Positions 13,201 to 27,809 of a DNA stretch of 64,000 bases are shown here, one piece after another. The notes under the pieces are model-generated. The model searched no databases. It was given only the letters and a program-made list of their open reading frames with translations, and was not told the DNA's origin. The stretch is from Eledone cirrhosa. Taxonomy: Eukaryota. Within the stretch, counting starts at the first letter, position 1, and each line of letters starts with the position of its first letter. Where the stretch lies: NCBI GenBank assembly GCA_964016885.1, contig OZ024742.1, forward strand, positions 231,198,001 to 231,262,000. Direction: 5' to 3'. A program made the translations under genes and the position numbers.

Positions 13201-14417
13201 ATGCCACATATATACTAACAACACATGTTAAAGAAGATCGTAGAATGTCTTTTTATGTAGTTATTCTACTTTTTCTAAACCAACACCAATAACTCTGAAA
13301 GGGCCGCGAAGGTAAAGTACGTATTTTACTAACATGTAAAATAGTCATGAATTCGTTACACAACAAGCTAGGTGCATAAACGAAGTAATATAATACTTGC
13401 TGAAAGAAAAACCTGAGGAGTACTTCTCCAAGAAAATTATATTAAATCTTAAATGCGTCCCATTTGAATATATCTATTATTGATTCGTCAAAATAGGTCA
13501 CGGTCGTAAAAGCCTGGGAAATGTTTGGTCTAGCTAAAATCTTGATAATATAACTGAACTGATGTGAACTCTTGTAAACGTGGTTCTGTTTTTACAAATG
13601 GATCATGTAGCTACTACGAGAATTATTCGAGCTAAACATTTCTGATGAGAAAAAAGAGTTTTGTTAAAACCTGTCAAATGGAAGCAATGTAAAAATGTAA
13701 AAAAATGAAAGTAGAGGGAGATGATTGGAACGTAACATTAAATGGAACTTAATGTCACATGACTGATTTCCATTAATCACAGCAGTGCATTTTCTTTTTA
13801 TCACTTTAGTCAGTGCTAATCACCCTCTGTATTACACATTATTCTGCCAGCCTTCGGATTTAGTTCGTCTCTCTCTCTCTCTCTCTCTCTCAAATATTTG
13901 CAGCATCATGCTGAGATCTTTCAAAATTCTAGAATTTATATTCTTTACTTCTTTCTAATTCTCCAACTGTATCCCATCTCTCATGGCAATCCTCTGTTTA
14001 CTAAGTTTATATATGGTTTACTCATTCCAGCTTCTGTTTTCACTTGCATTAATTCTTAATAACCACTGTAATCCAAATAATGTTAGGTTTCCTGTGTTAA
14101 CAATGATTATTATTTTGATGTGTAAAATGTTAAGAGATCTCTGTAAAATAATATTATATAAATATATAAAAGTTTATATCACACAAGGTGCACGCGTATA
14201 ATAGCGTGTATATTACACAAGGTATATATGGGTATAATAATGTATCTATTACACGAGGATTATATGTATAGTAATGTATATATTACACAAGGGTGTTACT
14301 TTGGAATGTTCTGTTTGTCTACGTTATATGAAAATATTTTATCTCTATGCCATAAGAGTTTCTGTTTGTGATTAGGAAAAAAAGAACTGATAAAGAGGGA
14401 AAATAAAGATTACGTGT

Positions 14418-14451
<34 letters not shown>

Positions 14452-14455
<4 letters not shown>

Positions 14456-14568
14456 ATAATAAATTTGAAGACTAAAATCCAAAGAGGGCTCGATAAGGAT
14501 AAATATATATCAAATATATATTTATCCTTATCGAGCCCTCTTTGGATTTTAGTCTTCAAATTTATTAT

Positions 14569-14572
<4 letters not shown>
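14452..14572. repeat. Perfect 59-bp palindrome between TA tracts
   Basis: Arms 14452-14510 and 14514-14572; the same arm occurs unpaired at 6894-6956. Confidence 0.95.
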
Positions 14573-14631
<59 letters not shown>

Positions 14632-14638
14632 ATATATT

Positions 14639-14711
<73 letters not shown>

Positions 14712-15215
14712 CTATCTATCTATATATCGCTTATTTAACACCTTTCTTTCCCCACACATTTCACGCCTCTGCCACCCCATCATACAGAAACTTTTATCCT
14801 ACGTAGATAAAATATTTTTACATAATGTAGATAGACATTTAGAACATACTGAAGTAACCCCCTTCTGTAATATAGGCACACTGTTATACACTTATATCTT
14901 ATATAATGTGTGACATACACTATTATATACGTGTATCTTATATAATGTGTGATATTCACTATTATGCATGCATACAAAGAAATCTCTTAACATTTTTCAT
15001 ATTAAAATAATGTTCATTGTTAACATAAAAAACCGAACATAATTTCGTCTACACTGGTTATTAAGAGTTAATGGAATTAAAAACACATATATAACTATGT
15101 ACTTACACACATATATACATATATATATGCATGTGTATGTATGTGTGTATATATATATATATGCATATGTATATATATGTAGGTATGTATGTATGTATGT
15201 ATTATATCTTTCATG

Positions 15216-15258
<43 letters not shown>

Positions 15259-15508
15259 AAAACATGAAAGATATAATACCAGAGAGCTGCACAATACAAT
15301 AATGGTATATTAGTATGATGTTTATAAGGGTGAGAGTGTGTGTGTGTATATGTAAGAAACAATGAAAATTCCGAAAGCTAAGAAGAGAATTCAAATACTC
15401 TGTGTAGTATAGAGTAATATGTATTGCGAGAAAATATCCCCATCACTGACAATTTCATCTATCGATTCTTTAAATCAAGTAAAGATATTTTTTGAGTTTC
15501 ATTATATA

Positions 15509-15698
15509 TGGTGGATTGGCAGTATCGGTAGAGGGTCGGACGCCATGCTTTGACGTATAGAGTTACGGCCCTTGCCATTCGGAGTTCAAATCCCGCCGAG
15601 GTTAACTTTGCCATTCATCCTTACGGGGTCGATAAAATAAAGTACCAGTAATGTACTGTGTAATGTCTCGCCTTGTGCCTATAGTAGAAACAATTATA
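15509..15698 (+). mobile_element. Full-length SINE
   Basis: A/B boxes, central motif, tail; TSD attatata. Confidence 0.9.
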
Positions 15699-15886
15699 TA
15701 GTTATGAGAAATTGTCTCTTCTGTACAGAGTATATAGATTTGCGGTTCACCATAACTGAGGTCGATAAATATCAGACGGGAAAAAATACGTAATGGTCTT
15801 AAACAAGGCTGTGCTCCACTATGTTTTATACTTTTGGAAGTTAAAACATATTTTTACATGTTAGTATTGCAGGAATATATATATAT

Positions 15887-16100
15887 ATAGGAACAAGTAA
15901 GACCCCGACGGCTGAGCTCAAGCCGTTTCGACGACTAATTCTGTACTGTGCTCCACTATGTACAGAATTAGCCGTCGAAACGGCTTGAGCTCAGCCGTCG
16001 GGGTCTTACTTGTTCCTATTACCCACTCTACTACCCTAAGTATTGAGTACTTTGGTGCGTTATGGTCCACGTGGTTCCTTACCACATTTCCTTCGTTATA
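15887..16100 (+). repeat. Fold-back mini-element (60-bp palindrome plus ~80-bp tail); sister copy at 18430-18619 in opposite orientation
   Basis: Arms 15887-15946 and 15960-16019 differ at one position; tail 16020-16100 is the reverse complement of 18430-18510. Confidence 0.85.
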
Positions 16101-16139
16101 TATATATATATATTTACATATATTTACATATATGTTAAG

Positions 16140-16430
16140 GGTAAAGACCTCCTTCAGTCACAAATGTCCATGGGATTTACTCCTAGAAAGTTACCCTCCG
16201 AACCACAAATCTGGGCAAGGTTTTTGCTGAAGACCAGCATACCAGTCTCTCCATTCCATGCCCCTGATGTTTCTCCCAATGGAAAGGTAATGGCCGATAG
16301 AGCTTGGCACCAGTGGCGTCGAAACTCATTTCTACAGCTGAGTAAATTGGAGCAATGTGAAATAAAATGTCTTATTCAATGACATCAACGCATCATTCGG
16401 TCCGGAATCGAACCCACAACCTCGCGATGG
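16140..16430 (-). mobile_element. CORE-like SINE
   Basis: Reverse complement ggttcgattccggac...aataagacattttatttcacattgctccaatttactcagctgtagaaatgag. Confidence 0.6.
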
Positions 16431-16627
16431 CAAACCCGTCTTCATATACATATTTATGCACGTCGACATGCTTTAAGAAAGCGCATGCCATTAAATGTAT
16501 ACATACTAGTCTAATATTCTGAATATGGCGAGTGGGAAACATTTGAGTCGTTTTCAAGTTTTCATTCCCCATTCGACATATTCAGAATGCAAAACTTATA
16601 TATACATATACACATATATATACATAT

Positions 16628-16708
<81 letters not shown>

Positions 16709-16751
16709 AAAACAAGGACGATTGGTTACTCCTTCACTGCGTTTATTGGTC

Positions 16752-16836
16752 GGTGACGCGCGTTTCGCCACTGACCAGCTCAAGGTTCGATTTGTATCGA
16801 TCTGACCTGACTCTGTAAACCGCGTCTCGTCAGACC
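16752..16836 (-). ncRNA. Type I hammerhead with long helix II, bracketed by short inverted repeats
   Basis: ggt-CTGACGA-g...c-GAAA-cgcgcg-TC-acc; IR ataagaaaacaagg (~16703-16716) / ccttgttttcttat (16837-16850). Confidence 0.7.
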
Positions 16837-16952
16837 CCTTGTTTTCTTATTTAACTATAATACACTCTGTATAACTCTACACCTCGACACTGAAGTGAAC
16901 CTAAACATCGAGTGGTCACCCGGGTGAACCTACAGTAACTCCAAGTTACACT

Positions 16953-17014
<62 letters not shown>

Positions 17015-17285
17015 GTAGTATTTATATACTATAGCTGGCATACACCCGATCTACATAATCTTCGTGGTGTTTCCCTTGAATATCTTAATGTGTTCACTCT
17101 GACGGAGGAATTAATTCATTTCTCGCATCATCGGGTGTATAGGGACTACCTCAAATAAGTCGAGTGCTATTGGCTGTTGTGTTATTTCAGCTACAACTTC
17201 GATATGAAACTTGAAATAATATATAAATATATATACATACATACGATATTAAACAAATGGAAACTACATTTATAAAACCATATTT

Positions 17286-17349
17286 ATTTCATTATATATA
17301 TTTCAGGGATATCATATTAAAAATATGGTATGCCCTCTTCAGACAAAAT
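17286..17349 (-). ncRNA. Type I hammerhead
   Basis: attttgt-CTGAAGA-gggcataccatatt-ttt-aatatgatatccct-GAAA-tatata-TA-atgaaat. Confidence 0.75.
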
Positions 17350-17427
17350 ACAATATATAAACAGTTTTATAAATAAATTTGACATACCTTAAACTTTACA
17401 ACTTCCATTTAAAAAGTTCTTTTTTAC

Positions 17428-17478
<51 letters not shown>

Positions 17479-17481
<3 letters not shown>

Positions 17482-17919
17482 ATTAATGTTCAGAGCCATC
17501 CTCAACATTCTTGTGTAGCACCCATCCACCATCTGAGTGAGTTTCTTGGTCAGTGTCCAAGTCTCAGACCCATACAGCAGCACAGACTCCACTACAGCAA
17601 TGAAGAGGCGGACTTTCAGGTCTCTACGAAGGTCCGACTTCCACACTGTGGATCTCAACCTGTGGCACGCCGCCCAGGCCTTGCTCTTCCTCTCAACCAC
17701 ATCATCTTCCGTATTCCCAATCAGAGTTGACATTGCACTCAGTGCTCCTTTGGGAGCCCCTACATGGACACACTAGAAGAGGAAGACCAAGGTTAACGTA
17801 TGTTGATGCCCTAAGGACAGACACTGGTCTGTTGGAGACGCAGGACATGGCAGCGATAATGAGGGACAGAGACCGCTGGAGAGAACTCGTCCATGGATCT
17901 CGGGAATTTTACCCGCCTT

Positions 17920-17921
<2 letters not shown>
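17479..17921 (+). mobile_element. Young RTE-type LINE 3' fragment with 5' inversion (17479-17721 minus, 17722-17921 plus), in (TA)n
   Basis: Both parts nearly identical to 21697-22173; motifs ESVLLYGSETWTLTK, GRPRLTY, DRDRWR. Confidence 0.92.
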
Positions 17922-18004
<83 letters not shown>

Positions 18005-18286
18005 AAGACAGGACAGGTTATGCATTTAGGTGAATTACATAAATATAGTTGAAAAAGTATCCCAAGTGCGTCAACTGACAAAGGAGGGAGAGAACGGTGC
18101 GCTAGAACTTAGCCAATGGAGAGAAAATATAGAAAGGAGAGAAATAGTAACACAGAATAAATATATATGATCCACACTTCCCCCAAATGGCTGACTAAAC
18201 ACACACATGCTTTCCTGATGTAAAAATACTTTTTCCGTTTCATTCTCTTTTTAATCTAGGTTATCTTTCTATTTTTTTCTATCCCT

Positions 18287-18322
18287 CATGTTGATGAAGG
18301 ACTACTGTCCGAAACATTAAGA
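18287..18322 (+). ncRNA. Decayed minimal hammerhead (2676 family)
   Basis: TTGATGA-A-ggac-tact-gtcc-GAAA-ca-TT-aaga. Confidence 0.5.
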
Positions 18323-18729
18323 TGCTATTCCTTTTATACCAAGTGATGAACTAATATATATCATCATTGTATGGCATCATTCTCCCGTATTGTTTATATA
18401 TATATATGTGTGCGTGTGTGTGTGTGTGTATAACGAAGGAATTGTGGTAAGGAACCAGATAGAACATAACGCACCAGAGTACTCAATACTTAGAGTAGTA
18501 GAGTGGGTAATAGGAAAAAGTATGACCCTACGGCAGAACTCAAGCTATTTCGACGGCTAATTCTAGAAATAGCCGTCGAAATGGCTTGAGCTCTGCCGTC
18601 GGGGTCATACTTTTTCATATATATATATATATATATATCCGAAAATAAGTGACATAGTCACTACTTTAAAACTGATAGCGAATGGTCTTCTAAATGTTTT
18701 TAATTAAACATACGGTATATTGCCAAATA

Positions 18730-18803
<74 letters not shown>

Positions 18804-19539
18804 TGTATATATATATACTGTATATATATATATATATATATATCATTTTTCGTTTTTGTCGAACCGTTATATTACAAGACATAAACCCAGACTCGGATAC
18901 AAGATACAAGGTACACACATGGTCCAGCGGAAACCAAAAGGATGAAAACAGAGTGGTCCTTGGCTGGATTTGCATTCCGAACGCTGAGAACTGGATTAAA
19001 CGTCCAAAGCTGTAACGGCGTTGCTAAGTCAACCGTCTCCACACGCACACATACGCACATGCGTACGCACACATACACACACTACACACGTACACAAACA
19101 GGAGTTTCTGCAGTTTCCATCTACCAAATTTTCAGGAGGTGATAGTAGAAAGCACACGCCCAAAGTGCCTTGCAGTGTGGCTAAGCCTAAAACTAGGTAG
19201 TGATGATGCGAACTCCTTGAGCACATATCCATGCCTAACTTTTCTTTTGTTTTTGTTTATTTTTAATGGTGATAACAGAAAGGAAGTGAATATAGAAACC
19301 ATATAATTTGTGTTTGAGCAGAGGATGAAACCTGAGATAGCTGTTGAGAGCTTTAAAGTTCGTCAGATAGTACAAAAGGGAGGTGAAACAAATAGGCGAG
19401 ATATTGTGCGGTGTGTTGTTGTTGTTGTTGTTGTTGTTATTGTGGTTGTGGTTATTGTGGTTGTTGTTGTTGTTGCTGCTGTTATATCTTTTTATGCTCA
19501 ACAGTGGGGAAACTAATTGGATGAGTCAGGCAAAGAAAT

Positions 19540-19716
19540 TTAATTGAGTGAGAGAGTATGTGAGAGCAAGGAGTGATGAAAGGTGAGAGATGAGGTGGAG
19601 ATGAGAGATGAAGGCCAGAGAGGGAGAGGCAGGGGGAGAGAGAGATGAGAGAGAGAGAGGGGGGAATAATGGGAGATGATGGCCAGAGAGGGAGAGGAAG
19701 GGAGAGAGAGATGAAA

Positions 19717-19762
<46 letters not shown>

Positions 19763-20340
19763 AAGAGAGATGATGGCCAGAGAAAGAGAGAGAGGGGAGA
19801 GAGAGAGAAGAGAAAGAGAGAGAGGGAGAAAGAGAGAAAGAGAGAGAGATGAGAGGGAAATGAACGATAAAAGATCGTTTGTAATGAAGAGAGAGATAAA
19901 GTGAGAGATGAGAGAGACGAAGTAATAATAATAAAAGATGAAAAAGAGAAAGCGATGAGAGAGGCAAAGTTAAGAGATAGAGAGATAAAGAGATGAAAAA
20001 TATTTCAAGAGAGAAAGAGAGAGAAAGATGAGAGAGATGAGAGAGAGGGGGGTGAGAAGTGAATCAAGAAAGAAAAAAAGAAAAAAAGAAAGGAGAGAGA
20101 GGGGAGAGAGGCGGAGAAGGTGATAATGGGATAAGAGATGAATCAAGAGAGATAGATAGATAGAAAGAAAGAAAGAAATAAGAATGGTGGAGAGGATGAT
20201 AAAGAGGATGATTAAGAGATAAGAATCTAGAAAGAGACATATATAGACAGACAGACAGATAAGAGAGAGGCAGATAAAGAGATGAGAGATGGAATGAAAA
20301 AAAAGAAGAAAGATGAGGATAGATGAATTACAGTGAAAGA
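19540..20340. repeat. Degenerate (GA)n purine-rich low-complexity tract
   Basis: Direct observation. Confidence 0.9.
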
Positions 20341-20397
20341 TAAAACCGAGCGAAAGTAAACACACACACTGACAGACAGACATACGCACTCAGATAG

Positions 20398-20453
<56 letters not shown>

Positions 20454-20600
20454 TGGATTAATGTGATATATGCATTAAGTTCACTTTTTTATAGATTTTG
20501 TCACCACATAAAATTTAAATTTATGTTAATGACTTAGGTCAACGATTTCATATCCTACTGTCACTTCATCTACAATACAACCAAAATACGAAAATTAAGC

Positions 20601-20694
<94 letters not shown>

Positions 20695-21337
20695 GTATGC
20701 GTCTGTGTCTGTGTATGTCTATATGTATGTTCTTCTGGTTTTATAATTTCACAAATGTTTACCAATAGAGAGAGAGTCGGTTTCTAACATAGACACAAGT
20801 CTCTCTCAATGGAATTTACACATCAACTGGGTAGATATGTATGTATGTCTGCATGCATGAGTGAGTGTGTAGGTATGAATGTTATTGTATGTATGGATGT
20901 GTATGTTTTGAGTTATATGTGTGCATGTACATATGCTTTGTGTATATGCAGTTATTAGATGCAGAATTATTTTAATGTTTTACCAATTCGACCTGCTAGA
21001 GAACAAGAAGACAGGAAAAAGAAGATAAATAAAAAAGATACCAATGCTTTTTGAGTAAAAGTTTATTGACGAAAAACAGCAGTAAATATATATTATATAT
21101 GTGAGTTTGTGTGTATGTATCTCCAATAAAATAAGTATCAGACATAAAAATATTTGCTGCATGTCAACATGATCGGCTGAATGAAGGCGATGCTCCAGCA
21201 GGGCTGCAGTCCTATGACTACCACCACCACCCCACCACCGTCAAAAAAAATTCAAACTCTGAAACTCTGCAATAAATCAAAGCGTAGTAATGTTAAAAGA
21301 TAAACATGACTAGGGGTAATCCTGCCCGATCTAGGGT

Positions 21338-21511
21338 CAGTGCCGGATTTACCATTGTGCTTAGATGTGCTTAAGGACAGGGCTCGGTTGGCCAGGGATG
21401 AGGGGGGGGCCATCTTCCTGCCGAAAAAATGTTTTGCCTCCTTCAGGGCCCAAGTAAGGGGCCTCATAACTTAACTAGCACACGGCTTCACTTGTCCTAA
21501 ATCCTGCCCAA
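21338..21511 (+). mobile_element. hAT-like MITE with 8-bp TSD
   Basis: Starts cagtgccggattta, ends taaatcctgcccaa; TCTAGGGT at 21330-21337 and 21512-21519; sister copy split at 45324-45368 and 45677-45820. Confidence 0.7.
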
Positions 21512-21696
21512 TCTAGGGTTACAATGTTAAGATTTCAGGCCGCTACTGTGTATAGGTTTCTTATACGGGTGAAAAAATACACTTCGTCCTCCTATCCTCT
21601 TTCCAGTTTATCACATACTGGCTACTCCATTAAAATTCAACTTTGCTTAACACATTTAGTTCATTTGTGTAAATCTGCCTATATATATATATGAGA

Positions 21697-22173
21697 TCGG
21701 TGTGGAAGTCGGACCTTCGTAGAGACCTAAAAATCCGCCTCTTCATTGCTGTAGTGGAGTCTGTGCTGCTGTATGGGTCTGAGACTTGGACACTGACCAA
21801 GAAACTCACTCAGATGGTGGATGGGTGCTACACGAGAATGTTGAGGATGGCTCTGAACATTAATCAGTATACACTGAGGATGAAAAACTCAGAGTTGTAT
21901 GGGAGCATCCCAAAAGTCAGCTCAAAAGTGACACAGAGGAGACTGAGGTTAGCTGGACATGCTCACCGACATCCAGAGTTGACATTGCACTCAGTGCTCC
22001 TTTGGGAGCCCCTACATGGACACACTAGAAGAGGAAGACCAAGGTTAACGTATGTTGATGCCCTAAGGACAGACACTGGTCTATTGGAGACGCAGGACAT
22101 GGCAGCGATAATGAGGGACAGAGACCGCTGGAGAGAACTCGTCCATGGATCTCGGGAATTTTACCCACCTTAG
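21697..22173 (+). mobile_element. 5'-truncated young RTE-type LINE in (TA)n
   Basis: Uninterrupted ORF end VWKSDL...QRRLRLAGHAHRH...GRPRLTY...REFYPP*, with TA runs on both sides. Confidence 0.92.
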
Positions 22174-22178
22174 AAATA

Positions 22179-22228
<50 letters not shown>

Positions 22229-22950
22229 AGTATATAGATATGTAAACATCTATACATTTACGCAGTCTCGATTACTTCTGCACTGAATATATACAGATAT
22301 AAATCAATCGTATACTTTAGCTGCTTAGTGTACAATTTAATATATATTAAAATTAACTACCTACATAGGCGCTTAGAATATGCAAATTAGCATGTACATT
22401 TCAGTGATACAGTTATATGTGAAAGCGTTTATAAACCCATCACTAACGCATTTCCTTGTGATCATTTAGCTGATGTACATATCTTCTGATGGAACCGAAT
22501 AAAGATCGAAAATCAATTAAATATATCACTAATTTATTTTTCAGTTTACTGGGAAACATGTAAATTCGACATGTTTACATGTCTATATACTCAATGTGTA
22601 AACTTATAAACCCATGTACGCAGTCTAAGTTCCCTTTGTGCTGTATATATACAGATCTATATTTATTGTATACTTTGCTAAGTGCACAATTTAACACATA
22701 ACGGTCGATACCACAAGAAAGAGTATTTGCAAGATATAAAAATTGCATTGTATTTTTTTAAATGTCTTTATTCTAAAACTACAAATTTTCACAACGATCT
22801 TCTCTACTAGTAAAGATACCAAAGTCGTTTGAATTAACAAACCCATTAAATAATTTTTAGATATTTTCTGCTAAACCATTGTTGTATATTTAGAGTTAAT
22901 ATCCATTTGTTTTATGTATTCATATATTTTTCACATATTTTGTCTTACAG

Positions 22951-23638
22951 GCGAGAAATTATGGCCTTACAAGCTGAAAACTACGCCCTTGAGAAGCAAT
23001 TATACAGTTACCAACAGTCTATAGCCAAGACAAATGCTAAAAATTCCCCTGTGAACCCGGTGGAACCGAGTAAGAAGCTGGTTGAGAATGGTTATGAGAT
23101 AGAACTGGCCAGAGAATTAAGTCAACATTTACATGCAGGGCACAAACAACCATCTCATCCAACTCAGTTATCACCATCACCAACACCCCAGCAATCACAT
23201 CACACATATCAACAACAACATCAGCAGCAAACACAACAACGATCGCAGTCACCGCAACCACCACAACATCAACAACAACAACAGCAGCAGGAAAGTCCAA
23301 GGCAACCGCCACAGCGGCAGCAGCGGCAGTCACATCAATATCATCACCACCAACAGCTACAAGAGCAGCAGCAGCCCAGATCACAGTCACCGCCATCAAC
23401 AACAACACAACAGGCACAACAACAGCAGCACCACCACCATCACCAACAGCAGCAACCACAAGTACAACAACAACAACAACAACAACAACAACCGCATAAT
23501 CAATATTCACCTCAACATTCTCCGCAACATTCTCCGCACCACTCCCCGCATCACACACCACACCACCACGAAAGACGTACTCCCACTAGGAGGCGACACC
23601 ATGACACGACATACCGTGACTATAATATCAGAAACTAG
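22951..23638 (+). CDS. Terminal coding exon of an unidentified host gene (coiled-coil-like segment plus polyQ/H, SP-rich disordered tail)
   Basis: Acceptor ttttgtcttacag at 22950 (phase 2); open frame REIMALQAENYALEKQLYSYQQSIAK...RDYNIRN*; mixed CAA/CAG codons; aataaa near 23809. Confidence 0.8.
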
Positions 23639-23914
23639 AGAAAGTGAAACATCGTTTCTAATACAAATTATAATTTCTAGTAATAGAAAGCGAGAAATCT
23701 TCAGAGAAAGTCTTGCGCGGAGCTTAAGAAGTTCCTTCCATCCATTTGGTCAGGATTCTGTATAATTCTGTTTACTTAAAACTTAATCAGATTCCTGCTT
23801 TAATCCAAATAAAGGGATGAATTTTTTTATCTATCTTGCTCAGCAGTTTTATCAAGTGGTCTTATAGGACATATGTCTATGCATGATATTTGCATGATTG
23901 TATATATATATATC

Positions 23915-23952
<38 letters not shown>

Positions 23953-24075
23953 ATTATGCGGGTAGAATGCTACAAACGTGCAGGATGTTTCACTCAGCTC
24001 CAGAGCTCATCATGACGTATGATCTCTCGTTATACGCGAAACAAACCGTAACCGTATAAACGTAGCACTCGCGTT

Positions 24076-24710
<635 letters not shown>

Positions 24711-25368
24711 TGCACACAAACACATACACACATACATATCGATATACACTCACCACACTCTCTCTTAAAGTAAGACACACACACATTCACTTCCGCATGT
24801 ATGTACACATATATATAAATAAATATAATTGAAATATGGTGCAATACTTTATAGCGTTGTACTGACCTTTCAAACAAGCAAACAATCAGACAAACAAGTA
24901 AAAGCAAGTGAGATAAAGCCTGTTTGTCTGACTCTGTATGCGGCGTGTCCTTTAACTTCTAGAACATTCACCAGTGCTGCCGTTGTGTAACAACAGTTTT
25001 TGTGCATTGATTCAAAGAATCGAAACTTGATATTAATCAATTCAAATATTTAACAAAGTTCGTTTATTGGAACTTATTTTTAAACCAAAAAAGAAAACAA
25101 CAGAAAAAGCTGTTTATTTCCGGTGGAGATTTGATCTTGGTGCGTCTGCCGCTACTTCCGCTGTTACAGTTGCTCAGGAAACTCCGAAGAAACAACGATG
25201 TGTTTTGGTTTTGTATTTTGTTTCTTTGTTTGTTGTTGTTGTTGTTGTTTTTTGTTGTTGTTGTTGTTGTTGTTGTTCTATTTTTAGTGCTAAGTACTTT
25301 TTTGTTGATGTTTAACTTTTATTCAATTAGATATATATGTTTGATTACGTAAATATATATATATATCG

Positions 25369-25406
<38 letters not shown>

Positions 25407-26138
25407 AATGTGTATATATATATATTTATATATATATATATATATATATACTCTGTATATATCTACACTGTATATATATTTAATGAAGCATTGTGATTAT
25501 GTTTGTTTCGGGAAAAAGCCGGTACAATGCAAATTAGAAATACTAGAGTGAAACGTGGATATTAGAGTAAAGTAAAAAAAAAGTCAGAAAAACAGTTTCA
25601 CGATTAAAAAATCAAGTGGGACATCTGATATATACTGTATATATACTGTATATATATATATATATAGCAAATTTTTTTCCATTATTTCTCAAATACACAA
25701 AAACAACAAAGGTATATCAGAATATCCGGGATCGTTGTTTGAGAGACTGAAAATAATGTTAGCAGAATTCACTGTAAATTTTCTGAAAAGAGGAACACGA
25801 CGGAAAATGTTTGACATGTGGATTTGTGATCCGTCTGTTTTTATACAATATGTGATGATATATCATCCAAAGCTGCTGTACGTGTGCGCGCGTGTGTGTG
25901 TGTGTGTGTCTTGCGGCACATATTATTTGGGAACATGCCAATTGTAATAGTATTCACATCGTAACAACTATAATGTCATGAATCGGATGATTTCGAGAAT
26001 AACATTATAGAATGTGGGACTTAAAGAATGCCATTTGTGACCTATTCCAGTTCTCAAGGGGATAGATGCCTCTGAATCATGTCAGCTAAAGAGGAACGAA
26101 AGTCTTTACAAATATCAGGCCTGCCAAGCTTGTAACAA

Positions 26139-26393
26139 TTAACGCTTTCGTTATAATATTTATGTTGAATGACACTGCCTATAATTTTCAAATTATTTTG
26201 AAAATATTTCCGAATTTAGGGGGATTTAGTAATGTAACTAATATTCTCATTATTAATCTGGTGTTTAAATCATAAACTTAAGGATTCTTACATAAAATTA
26301 TTATGAATTTTATGTTAAATTTCTACTCTTTAAAACAGCTTCGAATCATAGAAACAGAAGCAGTTTCAGACGGTTTAGTATCAAGAGGGTTAA
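26139..26393. mobile_element. TTAA-flanked MITE (piggyBac-like ends)
   Basis: TTAAcgctttcgtta ... tatcaagagggTTAA; homologous to the interrupted copy at 37778-39174. Confidence 0.7.
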
Positions 26394-27763
26394 TGGAGAG
26401 TCAAAAACACTGCTCAAAAACATTGCTGAAGCTCACTTTGGAGAGCAGCATTAACCCTTCAAAACATCATTAAACACCGTTTATTTTGATGGGAGTGTCT
26501 CTGTTGCAGGGGTGACCGAATGAAGACGAGCAGGCACGAGCATGTAGCGCGTATGTCTGGCTCACGTTTCCCTCTCTGTATGATCCTCTACAGCCAGCCT
26601 CTACACATTGGTTAACATCTGACTGGAGGACCAAACAAGCAATTCAAATCCTCATTGACGTCTTCTTTAAAACGGACCATCATCCATCAATTCTTCAAGA
26701 CTGGAAGACACCGCTATCCGCCATTCGCTTTGGCAGTCTAATTGTTAAAAGGGGGTAAAATATGAAAGTGAAACGCACTACTAGGAGTAGAAGCAAGAAC
26801 TGAAAAATGGATACATAGTAATATTTATCCTATCTACCTAAAAATTTACATGTCCCGTTAGTGACCGAATCTCCACGTCAAGGATTGGAAAGTAGAGTCA
26901 GCATAGGTTCCACAAATGATGACGATGTTAATCAACATCAGATTCAATGGACAAGTGTGTGTGTATATATAGATATATATATATGTATATGTGTTTACAT
27001 GTGTGGGTGGAAAGAGGTGGGGTTTTTTTTTGGTTTTTTTATTCTCTACTGTGCTTGTTATATATTGTTTCTGTTATTGCTTTGATTACTTAGCTTTCTC
27101 TTGTTGCTTGCTTTAAATTAAATAACTTAACGCTTTTTCAATCAAAACAATTTTCAATCATGTTTCTTGGATATTATAACAATCATCATCATCGCCACTA
27201 TACTCACTACCATTAGTATCATCATTATCATCCCCATCCTCATCGAGTAAATGCTCGATCTGCTAGAAATAGCAGCCAAATATCTCTCCAATCACACTCC
27301 CTACTGTCTTAAACAAAGAAGGAACACATTGAATAATGGAAGTCTTTCGTGCCTCTAACACGGTGGTATGGCAAAACAGAACACGTTTGATCCTCACCGC
27401 CGTTGTATTCGTCGCCGCCATTATTTTCTTAATCATCACTTTTCTTTGACGTATGTTTGACTATCATTACTACTACAATCACTACTCCACCACAGCCATA
27501 CCACTACTGTGACTACTATCACTACTACTGCTACTAATAGTATAGATATCTTGTTTAACCTACAACCGTTGTAAGATATTTTGTTGTGCGGCGTTATGTA
27601 ACAACTTCTGATTCACCATGAAGACTGACATGGGGTTGCACACCAGCTGTTACATATCTTACATTTGATCATCACAATCAGGTCAACAACAATCAGAAAA
27701 CGAACATTAAGAAACCACTAAGACTTTGTGTTTTTGCATCTCTATTTGTTTTGTCTATTCTGG

Positions 27764-27809
<46 letters not shown>

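Noticed and set aside
19322-19382. Possible small upstream exon RMKPEIAVESFKVRQIVQKG
   Set aside because: Weak splice sites, and phase 1 in this frame does not fit the phase 2 acceptor at 22951.
23037-23765. Overlapping antisense V/A-rich and alternative-frame N/S-rich ORFs
   Set aside because: Shadows of the CAA/CAG-rich exon.
26490-26760. GC-richer block resembling an RTE 5' UTR on the minus strand
   Set aside because: Resemblance from memory only; no protein motif to confirm it.
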